Assembly (NCBI RefSeq): GCF_020745735.1
Contig: NC_083423.1
Location: 15,748,001 to 15,812,000 of the forward strand
DNA from: Hemiscyllium ocellatum
Lineage: Eukaryota
Direction of reading: 5' to 3'
Length of the DNA stretch: 64,000 bases
The position numbers were made by a program, and so were the translations under genes. Below, piece by piece: positions 12,515 through 24,469 of the stretch; the stretch's first letter is position 1, and the number at the start of each line of letters is the position of its first letter. Below the pieces are notes generated by a model. The model did no database searches, was not told where the DNA came from, and worked only from the letters and a program-made list of their open reading frames with translations.

Positions 12515-12666
12515 ACTAATGGGCAATCACATGGCCCTCAGTGATGCAAAACTCTATTGTATTCGTGTTAGTTCACATTTCATTGTTCAACTCTGGTCAA
12601 TTTGTCTGCACAAAACATTGTGAATATTAATGTGATAAATATTAAAAACTTTCCCCATGAACTGAA

Positions 12667-12977
12667 TGGTGGCTCAGTAAATAGCACTGCTGCCTCACAG
12701 CACCAGGGTCCCAGGTTTGATTCCAGCTTCGGGCGACTGCTTGTGTGGAAATTGCGCGTTCTCCCCGTGTCTGTGTGGGTTTCCTCCAGGTGCTCCAGTT
12801 TCCTCCCACAGTCCAAAGATGTGCAGATCAGGTGAATTGGCCATGCTAAATTGCACATAGTGTTCGGTGCATTAGTCAGAGGGAAATGGGTCTTGGTGAG
12901 TTACACTTTGGAGGGTCAGTGTGGACTGGTTGGGCTGAAGGGCCTGTTTCCATATTGTCGAGAATCTAATTTAATTT
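12667..12977 (+). mobile_element. HE1-like SINE
   Basis: tRNA head, V core GTGTCTGTGTGGGTTTCCTCCAGGTGCTCC, tail GGGCTGAAGGGCCTGTTTCC. Confidence 0.9.
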
Positions 12978-13774
12978 AAAACTGAAGATTTTATTAATCA
13001 TATTAAAAATATACTAAAGTTAATATTATATGGTTTTTGTTCAATGAGATAGAAAACATTACAAAGATCGAATTCCGAGACATCAGTTCACGGAATGAAA
13101 CATACTTTCGCGATTTTTAGCATATTTTTAATTTTATTCATTGTGTGGTTGATTCCCACTCACCAAAGACTAATTTAATGAGACATCTGGCCAACTTAAA
13201 ATTGCCTCTGGCAGTACCTTGTTTTTTTCCTTTTCTGCCTCTGTGATTAATGAATTTGTATTGGCAATAAGGCCAGTTTTTACGTTTTTTTTTATTCTGT
13301 GAAAAGAGAAAGAAGACATGAGATGCTCCACTGTTGTTTTGGGAAAAGATGGTAGTAATTGAGTTGCTGACCCTTCTACTCTCAACATTCAGAAACTACC
13401 TTATGACTCACACAAGTTAGACACAATACATAATTTATTGACATGATTAATAAGAAAGGTATATGATCGGTAAACACAACAATGAGGTCAGAGATGATTC
13501 TCCTTTTGCCAAGTCCTGTCCAAAGAATCTCTTTTGAATGTCCAATTTGTTATGAGATTAACTTTGACACTGAAACTTTAGCAGTATTTGTGTGACCTGT
13601 TATTAGATTAAAGGCAGATGTACACTGGGATCTTCCCATGGAATGTCTTGTCTCAAGGAGTGCAAATTTTAAATTCAATACTTTAGGATGCATTGAAATC
13701 AATGTAGATGCCTGATTTGTAAGCAAGTGACGGCTCAGGAAATGAGTAGTTGCACTTTCAACAATTTTCAGTTC

Positions 13775-14685
13775 GAGTTCGAGAGTCACAAAGATGTACA
13801 GCATGGAAACAGACCATGCACTTTTCCAGCAACACATTTTCAGCTCTGATCTCCAGCATCTGCAGACCTCACTTTCTCCATGGAAACAGACCGTCTAACT
13901 TGTCCATGCTGACCAGATATCCTAACCCAGTCCACTCCCATTTGCCAGCACTTGGCCCATTTCCCTCTAAACCCTTCCTATTCATATACCCATCCACATG
14001 CCTTTTAAATGCTGCAATTGTACCAACCTCCACCACTTTCTCTGGCACCTCATTTCATACATTTATCACTCTGTGTGAAAAAGTTTCCCCTTAGGTCCCT
14101 CTTAAATCTTTCACCTCTCATCCTAAACCTGTGCAGTCTAGTTCTGGACTCCCCACCCCAGGGAAAAGATCTTGTCTATTTATCCTACCAATGTAAATGC
14201 TGCCCCTCAGGATTCCCTCCAACAACTTGCCCACCACCAATGTCACTCTCACTGGTCTATAGTTCCCTGACTTTTCCTTACCACCTTTCTTAAATAGTGG
14301 CACCATGTTAGCCAACCCTCCAGTCTTCCAGCACCTCATCTGTGACTATCGATAGTACAAAAATCAGGCCCAGCAATCACTTTCCTAGCTTCCCACAAAG
14401 TTGTAGGTTATGCCTGATCATGTCTTGGGATTTGAACACTTTTATGCATTTCAAGACATTCAGCATCTCCTCTTGTATAATATGGATGTTTTTTAAGATG
14501 TCACCATCTATTTCCCCACATTCTAAATCATCCATGTCCTTCTGCACAGTAAACACTAATGCAAAATACTTGTTTAGTATCTTCTCCCACCTCCTGTGGC
14601 TCCACAAATGGGTTGCTTTGCTTATCTTTGAGGGATCCTATTCTCTCCCTAGTTATCCTTTTGTCCTTAATGTATTTATGAAGAA
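13775..14685 (-). mobile_element. CR1 LINE, internally deleted, with a 63-bp Penelope-end insertion at 13816-13878
   Basis: 3'UTR joined near 14190 to the GNYRPV/ILNKYF upstream region; the insertion is flanked by 14-bp TSD CATGGAAACAGACC (13802-13815, 13879-13892). Confidence 0.85.
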
Positions 14686-15523
14686 CTGAGAACAGGGCAG
14701 TAGCAAGGAGGACAAAAGAGAAATAAAGTCTGTACTTGACATAACATATCCATATAGCTAATGGAAACGGAAGTTGGAGTGAAGCTGCATTGTATTGTGG
14801 AACTAATGTTGGGCGGAATGTTAGGTACTAAAGCGCAATATTTTATTGTCAGTACTCGGGTGAGTGGTAGAGGGTTGAAACTTTGGCCAGAGAATGTAAC
14901 CAGTATCTGGGCTAATTGATGTTCATGTGGCTAAAACCTTTTTGAATCCATATTCAAGTGGTGATGGTGGAGAGATCCAGTTGGGTGTTGACTCCATGCT
15001 GACGGCTGCAACCTGAGGGATATGCAGATTCGAGACTGGGATGATCTTCAAAGATGCAATTACTTTGCTCAGCCTCTCTCCCTAGTTCATTTAAGACCCT
15101 TAATCATTGAAACCTCCCTGGGTGTTTACTAAGTTGGCTTAACAATTCAGAGGCAGCATGTGGTTGAGAGATAGTAGAGTAGTAGAGTTGAGCATTATTA
15201 GTATAGCTACAAAAGCTAACCAACAACTTCATATGTGACCATAGAGCAAAATAGAAATGAAATCTCAGTGCTCAGGTTTGATTCTTTAGATAGAAGAGAA
15301 GTCACAGTGAGAAGGGAGGATGTAATATGATGCCTGGAGATGTGCTGTCCACAACTGGATAGACAAAAGTGAAATCACAAGGAGATGGGCCCACTGAGCT
15401 ATAAAATGAATTACTGTACTGGACTTACTATGCCAAAGGCTCCAGCAGAGTTGTGAAGATAAATTGTAAAATGGTTCCAGCCAAAGAAATCAATGACTCC
15501 ATTGTTGGATCTCTGGAAGAGCA

Positions 15524-16052
15524 GTTCCAAGATGGCAGCGGAGTAGGATTCCTCAGCAGGAGCTCTTTACCTCTGTCTGTTTCTTTTGTTTTTTTCCTGT
15601 TATGTGTTTTTTATTTCCTTGCCTCCTTCTCCACGATGTCCTGAACTCCTGATCCAGCATAGGTTTGGACTCCTGGCCTTGGCACAGACTCCCACTTCCA
15701 ACCTCCGCTTTGACTCAGACTCTGAGCCTCAGCGCAATCTCTTGTCTTGGCGGCCTGGCATGACCTCAGTGCAGACTTCCAGCCTCAAGATAATTCCAGA
15801 GTGGGTCCCTGAGCTCGAGGTGAAGCCTAACGTGATTTGGAGTCAAGGCCGAGTGCAGACTAAAGACTAGATACCACCGTGCTGTGGGTTGGAAGGACTG
15901 TTGTTTTATTTCTTTCTTCTTCTCATTAGCTTTCCCCAGGAACTTGTAGTTTAGAATCTGTACCCAGGCACCTTTGTACCTAAGGTGGCATTGTAAGTGG
16001 TGACTTGTAAAATTTTCATTTGAATGCACATTGCATTAAAGCTAATTCTAAT
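15524..16052 (+). repeat. Probable non-autonomous retroposon
   Basis: Begins CAAGATGGCAGCGG and ends in a non-LTR-like tail (ATTAAAGCTAATTCTAATT); no coding motifs. Confidence 0.35.
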
Positions 16053-16470
16053 TTTAAAGAATCCATCAAGTACAGCTTCCCTACCGTTTTCCCTTGTATC
16101 CTCCAAGTTTGTTGTTCTTCACATAATTATCTGGACTTTTTTTTAAATCCACAATTGAATGCAAGTGATAAAAGAATGAAAATATTGCACCATGCTATGC
16201 CATGTCAGGCATGCCAGTAACATGTAATATTCTTAATCTTGCCTCAGTCGTAAGATGCATTGCAAGCTTGCAGAAATGGATGAAACACTGCCTCGAGTAT
16301 CTATCATGTAGAGATCAAAAGCTATAAAAGCAAGGAAGATCTTGTGTATATAAAGTTCATTTTCATGTCTTCTCTGTAATTGAAATCTATTTTTGATTTG
16401 AAGTGCTAATACTGTGCAAGCATAACTATTTTATGCACTGCAAGCTCGCACTCAGAATTACAGGAGAAGG

Positions 16471-17043
16471 TAAAGATCTAGATCCCAGGAGGGACCTCGC
16501 GCCTTCGTGACCAGTCAAAAGAATCAACAGGAATGGGGTCTGTATAAAGCAAGGTTTCTAGTTTAATAAAATGAGGCAGCCTGGCGCAGTTTTGTCCAGC
16601 AGCGCAGAGGTTAAAGCTTTCATGTTCCGTGGTGAAATTGTGTAATTATATTCGAAAATTAAACGTTATTTATAGGTTTTTTTAAAAGAGATAGCACAGT
16701 CTTAATTACAAGAAAAGACCAATCAAATCTAGTAAGGTGACATGATTGACAGCAGGTTAATCCTGGGAAATAGTTCTTGTCTTACGTAGATCATCATCTC
16801 ATGCTAGCAGTTCAAGGTTAGTTTGAATGGTCAGTTATTGTCTTATGATTCATTTTTGGAAAACTCCATTGTCTGCTTTATCTTCTAATGCAGCGAACTC
16901 AGCAAAGCAATAATGCAGGTTCACAGTGACAAATCATAACTTGAGGCCATTTTGTTGTGTTTATTTTAAATTGAAAAGCCATTTTATGGTTAATAAGAAC
17001 TTACATATCTGACAACAGCCTAAATTCAAATTTTAAATCCTCA
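16471..17043 (-). repeat. 3' LTR of the ERV (~573 bp)
   Basis: TAAAGAT...ATCCTCA (terminal TG mutated to TA on the + strand). On the minus strand it has a TATA-like CCTATAAATAA near 16666-16676 and ATTAAA near 16562-16567. Confidence 0.93.
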
Positions 17044-17095
17044 TCGCCACACCACCTCCCCTGCCCCCGCCCCCCCCCCCCCCCCCCCCCCCCCC
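17044..17095 (-). promoter_or_regulatory. Polypurine tract region with an expanded G run
   Basis: Minus strand: G26-CGGGGGCAGGGGAGGTGGTGTGGCGA immediately before the 3' LTR. Confidence 0.7.
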
Positions 17096-17099
17096 AGTA

Positions 17100-18312
17100 T
17101 AGGTCCAGCACGAGGAGTACTTGATTTATTCAAGACAGGGTAGTTAGATGCTTTATTCTGACTGATTAAAAAACCCAGGTTTAGTCTAGATAATGGAGGG
17201 AATTTCTCAATAAGAAGTGGGCCTATCTTTGTGAATTCCTGGAGTATGTGGATAGTCCATGTTTAAATAGTTTGATCCCAGACGTGGAGGGTGAAAATGT
17301 TCAGTCAAATGAGGTGGGTCTCTCGATCAGAGATGTGGTTATTATCCCAGAATGGTTTCACGCATCCCATAATTGGGAAGACATTGGTCCCATTAGGGGT
17401 TTCATAATGAAGGTAGGTGTTATTACCCACCCTACAAAAGGTTTGAATGTGTGAGGTCCTTCAGGGAAGCAGTGATGACTGGTACATTTGATCACAGCAC
17501 AGGGGATGGCTTTAGGCACTTTTACATAAATGTGCCCCCATTCCTTACCATGGTAGCAATTTGGATAGGTTATTCCGGATTTATTGGAGGAAGTCCATAA
17601 ACAAGTAGCAGGCGGGGATAGATAATAATTCAAAGAAATATTGCGACCTGTAAATGCTTTAGAACCATTCCATACCCCATGTTAGGATTTGGGAAGATAA
17701 AAGGGGTCAGGGAGTCTTTTGCTGAAGCCAGTGTGTAACACACATAACTTCATCCTTGTCAAATATTCTGTTATGGTTTTTGGGAATCAAATTGTTAGTT
17801 CAAGATAATATTTCTCCTTTTTCTCTTTTATGGCATGGTCTGTTTGAATGGGGCAAAGCTTACCAGGGTTGCCCATAGTACAATTGAAATCAAACTGATA
17901 CATAACACCTTGACAAGGTAAAGACCATTTACAGCTTGTTCTGTAAATGGATTGTTCGATCTTGTTGATGTAGTTGACCACTATGACAATTATCTTGGGT
18001 AACATTCCACACATCTAAAAAGTCAGTCTCTTGGCAAAGAAGAACATCATCCTGGCATAGGTGGTATCCAGTCTCTTCTTGTTCCGGATCACAAAGATAA
18101 GTGGTCCCTTCTTGTGTACTAATGCTGGCCATGTTAAGTCCATTTTTCAGGGTGAAAGTGATCCTGTTCCTGGTAGTCATTTCTGTAGCAAAGGTTAGGA
18201 TATCTAAAACAGAACAAGAGTTACTATTCGAAAAGGCAGCTGTAACATAATCGTCTGGTTCAGATTCCTTTCTCAGATTCCTTTCATTCTCATCATCACC
18301 ATCTTCCCCCAC
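17100..18312 (-). pseudogene. Decayed post-integrase reading frame(s): truncated env SU or an accessory gene
   Basis: Lies between IN and the PPT; Cys-rich ORF pieces at 17929-18312, 17787-18014 and 17358-17633; no recognisable furin site, CX6CC motif or TM anchor. Confidence 0.45.
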
Positions 18313-20780
18313 CCTTTAGGTGCATTTCCAGTGAGTTTACAATGATGGATGTGAACCCAAGCAGAACGCCCAGTGACTTTAACAGCAGTTGGGGTGGTGA
18401 GGAAGATCTGAAAGTGTCCTTCCCATCGAGGTTGGAGGCCATTGCATGTCCAATTCTTGATGACGACAAAGGAGCCTGGCTCAGTAGTGTTAAGCCCTTC
18501 AAGGGAGGGGAGGTTTTCTTGAGCAGCACATACTCGAGAATGGAGCCCTTGCAAAGTTTTAGCTAAGGGGCGGACATAGGAGTGCATTTCGTCTGCCACA
18601 TGGTGAAAGTGGACAGGGGCATTTGTGTGAAAGCCTGGTCATAAACTATTTCGGCAGGGGATAAATGGACTCTACCAGCAGAAGTGCAGCGTAGGTGAAA
18701 CAGAGCCAGAGGCAACAGTTAAACCCAGGAAAGGTCTGTCTCAGAAGTTAATTTTACAAGTTTAGTTTTCAGTGTCTGGTTACAGCGCTCTGCAAGACTT
18801 GCAACCTGTGGGCGATAAGCTCAATGGAGGTGACCGCAGATGCCGAATTGAGAGGATAATTCCTCATTTACGTCACCAATAAAATGAGTACCATTGTCAG
18901 AAGATGGACAAAGGGGAATACCAAAGCAGGCAATAATCTTCTTAAGCAGGATACTTATAACAGTTTTGGCAATAGCTTTGAAAGTAGGATAAGCTTCAAC
19001 CCATTTAGAGAAAGCATCAACAATGACTAAAACATATTTATAGTTTTGACACTTTTCTAATTCAGTGAAATCAAGTTGAAGAGTTTAAAAAGGTCCCTCA
19101 GGGAGGGGTGTCTGTCCTGTAGGGCAGATCTTTTCCTGGATTGTGTTCTTGGCAGGTGAGGCATCCATTACTTACTTGTTGGACCATCTGCTGGAGGCAC
19201 AGATGCCACCAAGAGTTCAATAGCAGATCAGACGTTGAGTGAGCACCGCAGTGTGTCGCATTATGAAGACAATCAACTCTCCAGGTAGCAAGTTCATCAG
19301 GCATACAAATCTGTCCAGCTGGAGTGGTCCATAGTTTAGTAACAGGATTACAATAACGGCTGGCTTTGGACCACAACTGCCTTTCAGATTCAGATGTGTC
19401 CCTCTGTAAGGTAACCATATCTTGAATCGTTGCCATGAGTTTATCTGAGGTCGACTCACTCTTGTCAGAGCTTTCAGTCTGACTCATCATTTTGGGCGCA
19501 ATCATAAGGCGGTTGCAAGCGGCTTGTTTTGCAGCCACATCAGCAGCACGGTTACCAATATCAACAGGGGATTGGCCAGTTCCATGGACAATACTTTGGA
19601 TAACAAAAACCTGTTTTGGGAGTAGGAGTGCGGACAAAAGATCTGAGACGAGCAGGCAGTGAGAGGTGGGAGTGCCAAGTGATGTCAAAAATCCTCTGTT
19701 ACTCCCGAGTTGTCCAAAACCATGTGCAATCCCAAAAGCATATGGGAATCAGTGTAAATGTTAGCATGGAGCCCTGTCCTTCGAATGCAAGAAGTGAATG
19801 CAAAACGTTCAGCTTGCTGGGCTGAAAATGGTTGTCGAAGGTAGCAGATTCCAGGATAGAGCCATCGTCATCAACCAAACCATAGCCTGTAAGATGAACT
19901 CCTGTATGGTCAATCAATGAACATATTGATATCAGGGTTTGAGATTGGAGTGTCAGAGAGATCTGACTGAACTTTGATGTCCTCATTAATGAGGAGAAAG
20001 CAATCATGTTCTGGAGTGGACAGTGGTAAAGGAGGATGAGCCAAGAAATCGGCAGGGTTAATGTAGTACAGTGCTTAAAAATCAATCGAGGATTATTTAG
20101 AAGATAAATCCCATAATGGTTTTGGCAGGCTGCAGTCAAATGTTGAGTTTGTAAATTCCCCAAGAAAGCAACGACTGAATGAGAACTGTTGATGACGATG
20201 TCCTGTTGTAGTGTAAGATTCTCTGCAGATTGTAAACTGAAATAGTTGGCAGTTAAAATTTGGGTGCAGCAGAATGTCCTAAAGCAACAGGGTCAAGTTT
20301 AGTAAAAAAAAAAGGCAATTGGGCCATGTTTATCTCCATGAAGTTGATTAAGTACTGAAGAGGCACAGTCATTCAGAATGGTGCAGTACAGTTGGAAGGG
20401 TCTGTCATAAAGAGGTCTTCCCAGAGCTGGAGCTTGTGACAAAGCTCGTTTTAGTCCATCAAAGACTTGCTTTGCTTCTGAGGAGAGGGTAAATGTACCT
20501 TTGGAGGAGGAATATGGAGTCAACTTCTTAATGAGAAGAGCCATGTTTGGAATCCACTGTCTGCAGAAGTTGACCACCCAGCCATTGGCACACTTGCTTT
20601 GCGGTGATTGGGACTGGGAAGCTGATAGGAGGAGTCATGCGGCTCTGTTCCAGATATAATAAAGCCTAGGAACTTAACTTGACGACTTAGAACAACGGAA
20701 ATTTTCTGTGGAGAGACGACATATCTCAAGTACTTCAAGTAGTCGAGGAGGAGAACAACATCAGGTATTGATTTAGACAA
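18273..20780 (-). pseudogene. pol: ERV pol remnant: C-terminal RT/connection, RNase H and integrase, with frameshifts and stops
   Basis: RT/connection: VKFLGFIIS, MVNFCRQWIPN, LSQAPALGRPLYDRPFQLY. RNase H: GNRAADVAAKQAA. IN zinc finger: HNATH...CLTC. IN core: LQLDF, VIVDAFSKWVEAYP, SDNGTHF. C-terminal module: LQPRWEGHFQIFLTTPTAVKV..WVHIHHCK. Confidence 0.93.
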
Positions 20781-21147
20781 TGCAATCCAGCCAAATCAGG
20801 TTTTCTTAATTCTGAGAAGGTTCCCGATCTTCTCCCTACTTTTTTTTGTTAAGTAGATCGCTATATGAAAAAAAGGTTGGAGGGTTCGAGGGTCGAAGGG
20901 TTCAAAGGTTGGAATTCAACAACCCTGCTCCGGAGTTCAACTACTCTGGAAATCACCAACCGTAAATATAAAAAGTTCCCAACTTCACTTATTCTTCCCC
21001 CACTCCCGTCTTCTTTTTATACAGGGTGCCCTGACCCTCTCCTTGCTAAAACCGATCCTTTTGGTCTGGACTAGAAAATAGGCAGTGAGGGGCGAGGGGT
21101 CACGTCGGGCGTTACTTGAATGAGAGGAAAACCAAACGTATATAAAA

Positions 21148-21157
21148 TACTCACGTC
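21148..21157 (-). promoter_or_regulatory. Putative major splice donor in the ERV leader
   Basis: GAC|GTGAGTA on the minus strand about 80 nt downstream of the PBS, the usual position for a retroviral major donor. Confidence 0.55.
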
Positions 21158-21237
21158 TGACTGGCCGAATTCCTCAACACTCAGTAGTGAAAGACTCTAG
21201 GCTCTTACACTGCTGTGCATGATCCGTCTGTGCCGAA

Positions 21238-21255
21238 CTACGAGTCACAGCACCA
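21238..21255 (-). promoter_or_regulatory. Primer binding site, tRNA-His type
   Basis: Minus strand reads TGGTGCTGTGACTCGTAG two nt inside the 5' LTR, close to TGGTGCCGTGACTCGGAT, the complement of the tRNA-His 3' end. Confidence 0.88.
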
Positions 21256-21257
21256 AA

Positions 21258-21850
21258 TGAAGATCTGGATCCCAGGAGGGACCTCTCGGTTTCCCGATCG
21301 GTCAAAAGAATCAACAGGAATGTGGTCTGTATAAAGCAAGGTTACCAGTATAATAGAATAATGCAGCCTAATGCACTTTTGTCCAGCAACGCTAGAGGTT
21401 CAAGCTTCTGTGTTCCGTGGCAAAATTGTGCAATTAATTTTGAAAATTAAACATTATGTTTAGGTTTTTTTTAAAGAGATAGCACAGTCTTAATTACAAG
21501 AAAAGACCAATCAAATCTAATAAGGTGACATGATTGACAGAAGATTAATCCAATGATATTTCCTGGGAAATGGTTCTTGTGTTACTAGATCATCATCTCA
21601 TGCTGGCAGTTCAAGGTTAGTTCGAGTGGTCAGTTAATGTCTTATGATTCATTTTAGGAAAACTCCATTGTCTGCTTTAAGTTCTAATGCAGCGAACTCA
21701 GCAAAGCAGTAATGTGGGTTCACGGCGACAAATCATAACTTGAAGCCATTTTATTGTTATTTTAACTTGAAAAGCCATTTTATGGTTAATAAAAACCTAC
21801 GTATATTTGTTGCTTCTGACAACAGCCTAAATTCAAATTGTAAATCCTCA
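21258..21850 (-). repeat. 5' LTR of the ERV (~593 bp)
   Basis: TGAAGAT...ATCCTCA termini (TG...CA, imperfect inverted repeat); aligns end to end with 16471-17043; adjacent to the PBS. Confidence 0.93.
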
Positions 21851-24469
21851 GAAGGATCAGATTTTCTGATTTTATGGCTCGGTAAAGAGATGCTAATAGA
21901 GATGACAGAAGAATTTCCGTTTTGCACACGCCATCAAATTTTTTGTTTCCATCTCAACCAATACCGTAAAAGGTTGCTGGATTTTGATTTGACTTTGCAT
22001 CCAACTGTGGAACTCTACTTCTGTGTCTCTTGAACTATCACCCTTAGAAGGCCTAAACCATCAGTTGTGACAAGTGGCAGTCTCCAACTGACAACTAACA
22101 CATATGGCTACACCAGCTTTGGTCAGACTTTGTTGTCATGATGACGTGGCTTCAGAAGCTCCAAAGCTAACGTCAACCTTGCAAACAACACGCATCAGCA
22201 AAGATTATCTCTCACCACTGGCAAGGGACACCTTCATGCATGACAATTGAATAATCTTTGAAGAGTTGATTCATTCATGCATTTGAGGACTGCAGCAAAC
22301 GAAGTCATCTGACCTCACTAATGTTGTGAGGCTGTATTCACATCATCTCACACAGATGGATGAGTGTCACCCAATCAACCTATATTGTGTCCTCAATTTC
22401 TTTGTTTGGAACCATAATGCAAGAGATAAGACGACTAAGTTGATGCATTCAGGATGTAATGGGGCCATGGTAAATGAAAGACCATGCCTCTCAGATCTGG
22501 ACTCCTTAAGAGAGAGAAATATGCATGTGTACAGTAGTTGGCCCAGTCAGAATTATCTATCTTTACAGGTAAGTAAACATTATTCTTGCTTCTAAGCAAA
22601 TTAAGATGTACACTAATTCAAATAAACCATGTTGAGTATGATTAGGAGGCTTGATTACTGATGCATGAATATATGAACTGTGGCCTAAGATTTGTAAAGA
22701 ATTTTTGTTCAAATAGGTTACCCAGGCAAGTAGTATTTGCAGGTTACCCTGAAATTTGGAGGTATTTTTTTCCTTAAATATTTGAAATATATTTTTCATA
22801 TTTGCAAATACATTTATGATAAATGCACAGTAATGGAATTTTATGCATATTATTTATAATTATTCTTTATATGTGATTATTCTGAATATTTGCATCATAA
22901 CATTTGTGTTCTTGAACACAACAGAATGTAAAAATGCTCATTTTATTCAGCCAGTTTTCCTGTCCTCTGCCAATTTAAGGGAGGAAGTTACTCACCAAAA
23001 AAAAGAGAATATTTATTCCAATAGATTTCCATCAACAGATGCCATCACTTGGGGGCTTGTGCTGTTTGACTGCATAGTTTAATTGCTGGTGAAAATGCCA
23101 GTGATCCTAATACTGTTGAACACCATTTGGCTATCAGATACCAAAGCGCTGGAATCCTTCAGCAAAAGTATCAGCTGCACTTGTTTGCAGTTTATGTGCA
23201 ATTACAAAATTGAAATATGCCACTTAATAAAAATAAATTAGACAGTACTAAGTGTTGAAAAAAATCAAGTAATTGTTTACAAGGTGATCCACCAAGAATG
23301 TTTTTGTTCGTAGAAGTTTAACAAACTGACTTGAACTTGCTAGGTAACATGAAAGAGGACAACCCAGATCCCTGGTATCCATCTATTTGTTCCCTTCCTC
23401 CTCAAGCATTCTTATGCTCTCTTGGATTCCTTCCCACCTACCACCTATAAACTTGAGCTCATTGCAAATTCTGCTGATGTATTTTAACTCACATCGTGAT
23501 TTTTTGCCTGCTGACCTAAATCTATACAATCATCAACAACTTGATTTTGACTTCTGATTGTTATTCAGAGCTTTCCATGGACTCAGTCTTTCCTTAGATC
23601 TGTATATGACAAGAAATTGGAGCAGGAGTAAGCTATGTAGTCCCTTGAGTCTGTTCCACCATTTATTGACTTCAAAGCGAATCTACCTCAACTCCAATCT
23701 CTGTTTCTGTTTATGGCCTTAGTATTTAAAAATAATTTCTTCTTGACACATATTCATCTGAGAACTCATTTTCTGTTTGTTCACGCCAAACTTCTTTTAC
23801 CCAGCCATTGGGACCTTCTAAGCCCTAAGATCTTAAAATTCTTCATGTAATCTCTACCTATCATTATCTTGAAGGTATTCCTTTTTAAATTAGTCATTTT
23901 GACCAAACTTTTAGCCATTTTTGCAAGTATTTCCTTGGTATAATTTTATCAGGTTGTTTCCCAGTGAAGTGCTTTAGAATGTTGTGTTGTAAAAAAGCAC
24001 TACATCAGTCAAAATTGTGCGGGGTTTGTTTGTGCATGATTTCAGACCCTGAAACATCAACATTCGATGGAGTTGTATCAGAATTGCAACTTCACATTCT
24101 TGAAAATAAATACTATGGCAAGCTGAGCTAAAACATAAACCTGAGAACATGCTGTCCTGTCATGAGAAAACCACACGATGAACGCAGTCCAATGATCATG
24201 GAATATTGTTAGTTGTGGCCGAAAGAATCTCTGCACCAAAGAAGGAAAAGTTTTAATACAACTAATTCTGCACGATGACTGAAATAGGATGGCAAAATGA
24301 AATTGATTTTGGAATTAGCCATGAGCTTACTGAATGGCAGCACAGACATCAGGAAATGTGCGGCCAATTCCTGTTTCCGTTTGATTCGTATATGGTGGCA
24401 ACCCTAGATACAATCCTAGTGAGACCACATTTGTCTACTGGTTTTGCTTCCACATTGTTGATCTGGGGT

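Larger units (their letters stand above)
16471..21850 (-). mobile_element. Endogenous retrovirus provirus, class I (gamma/epsilon-like), internally deleted, antisense to EXOC4
   Basis: Two direct-repeat LTRs; 5-bp TSD GAAGG at 16466-16470 and 21851-21855; PBS, purine tract and retroviral pol motifs all on the minus strand. Confidence 0.95.
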
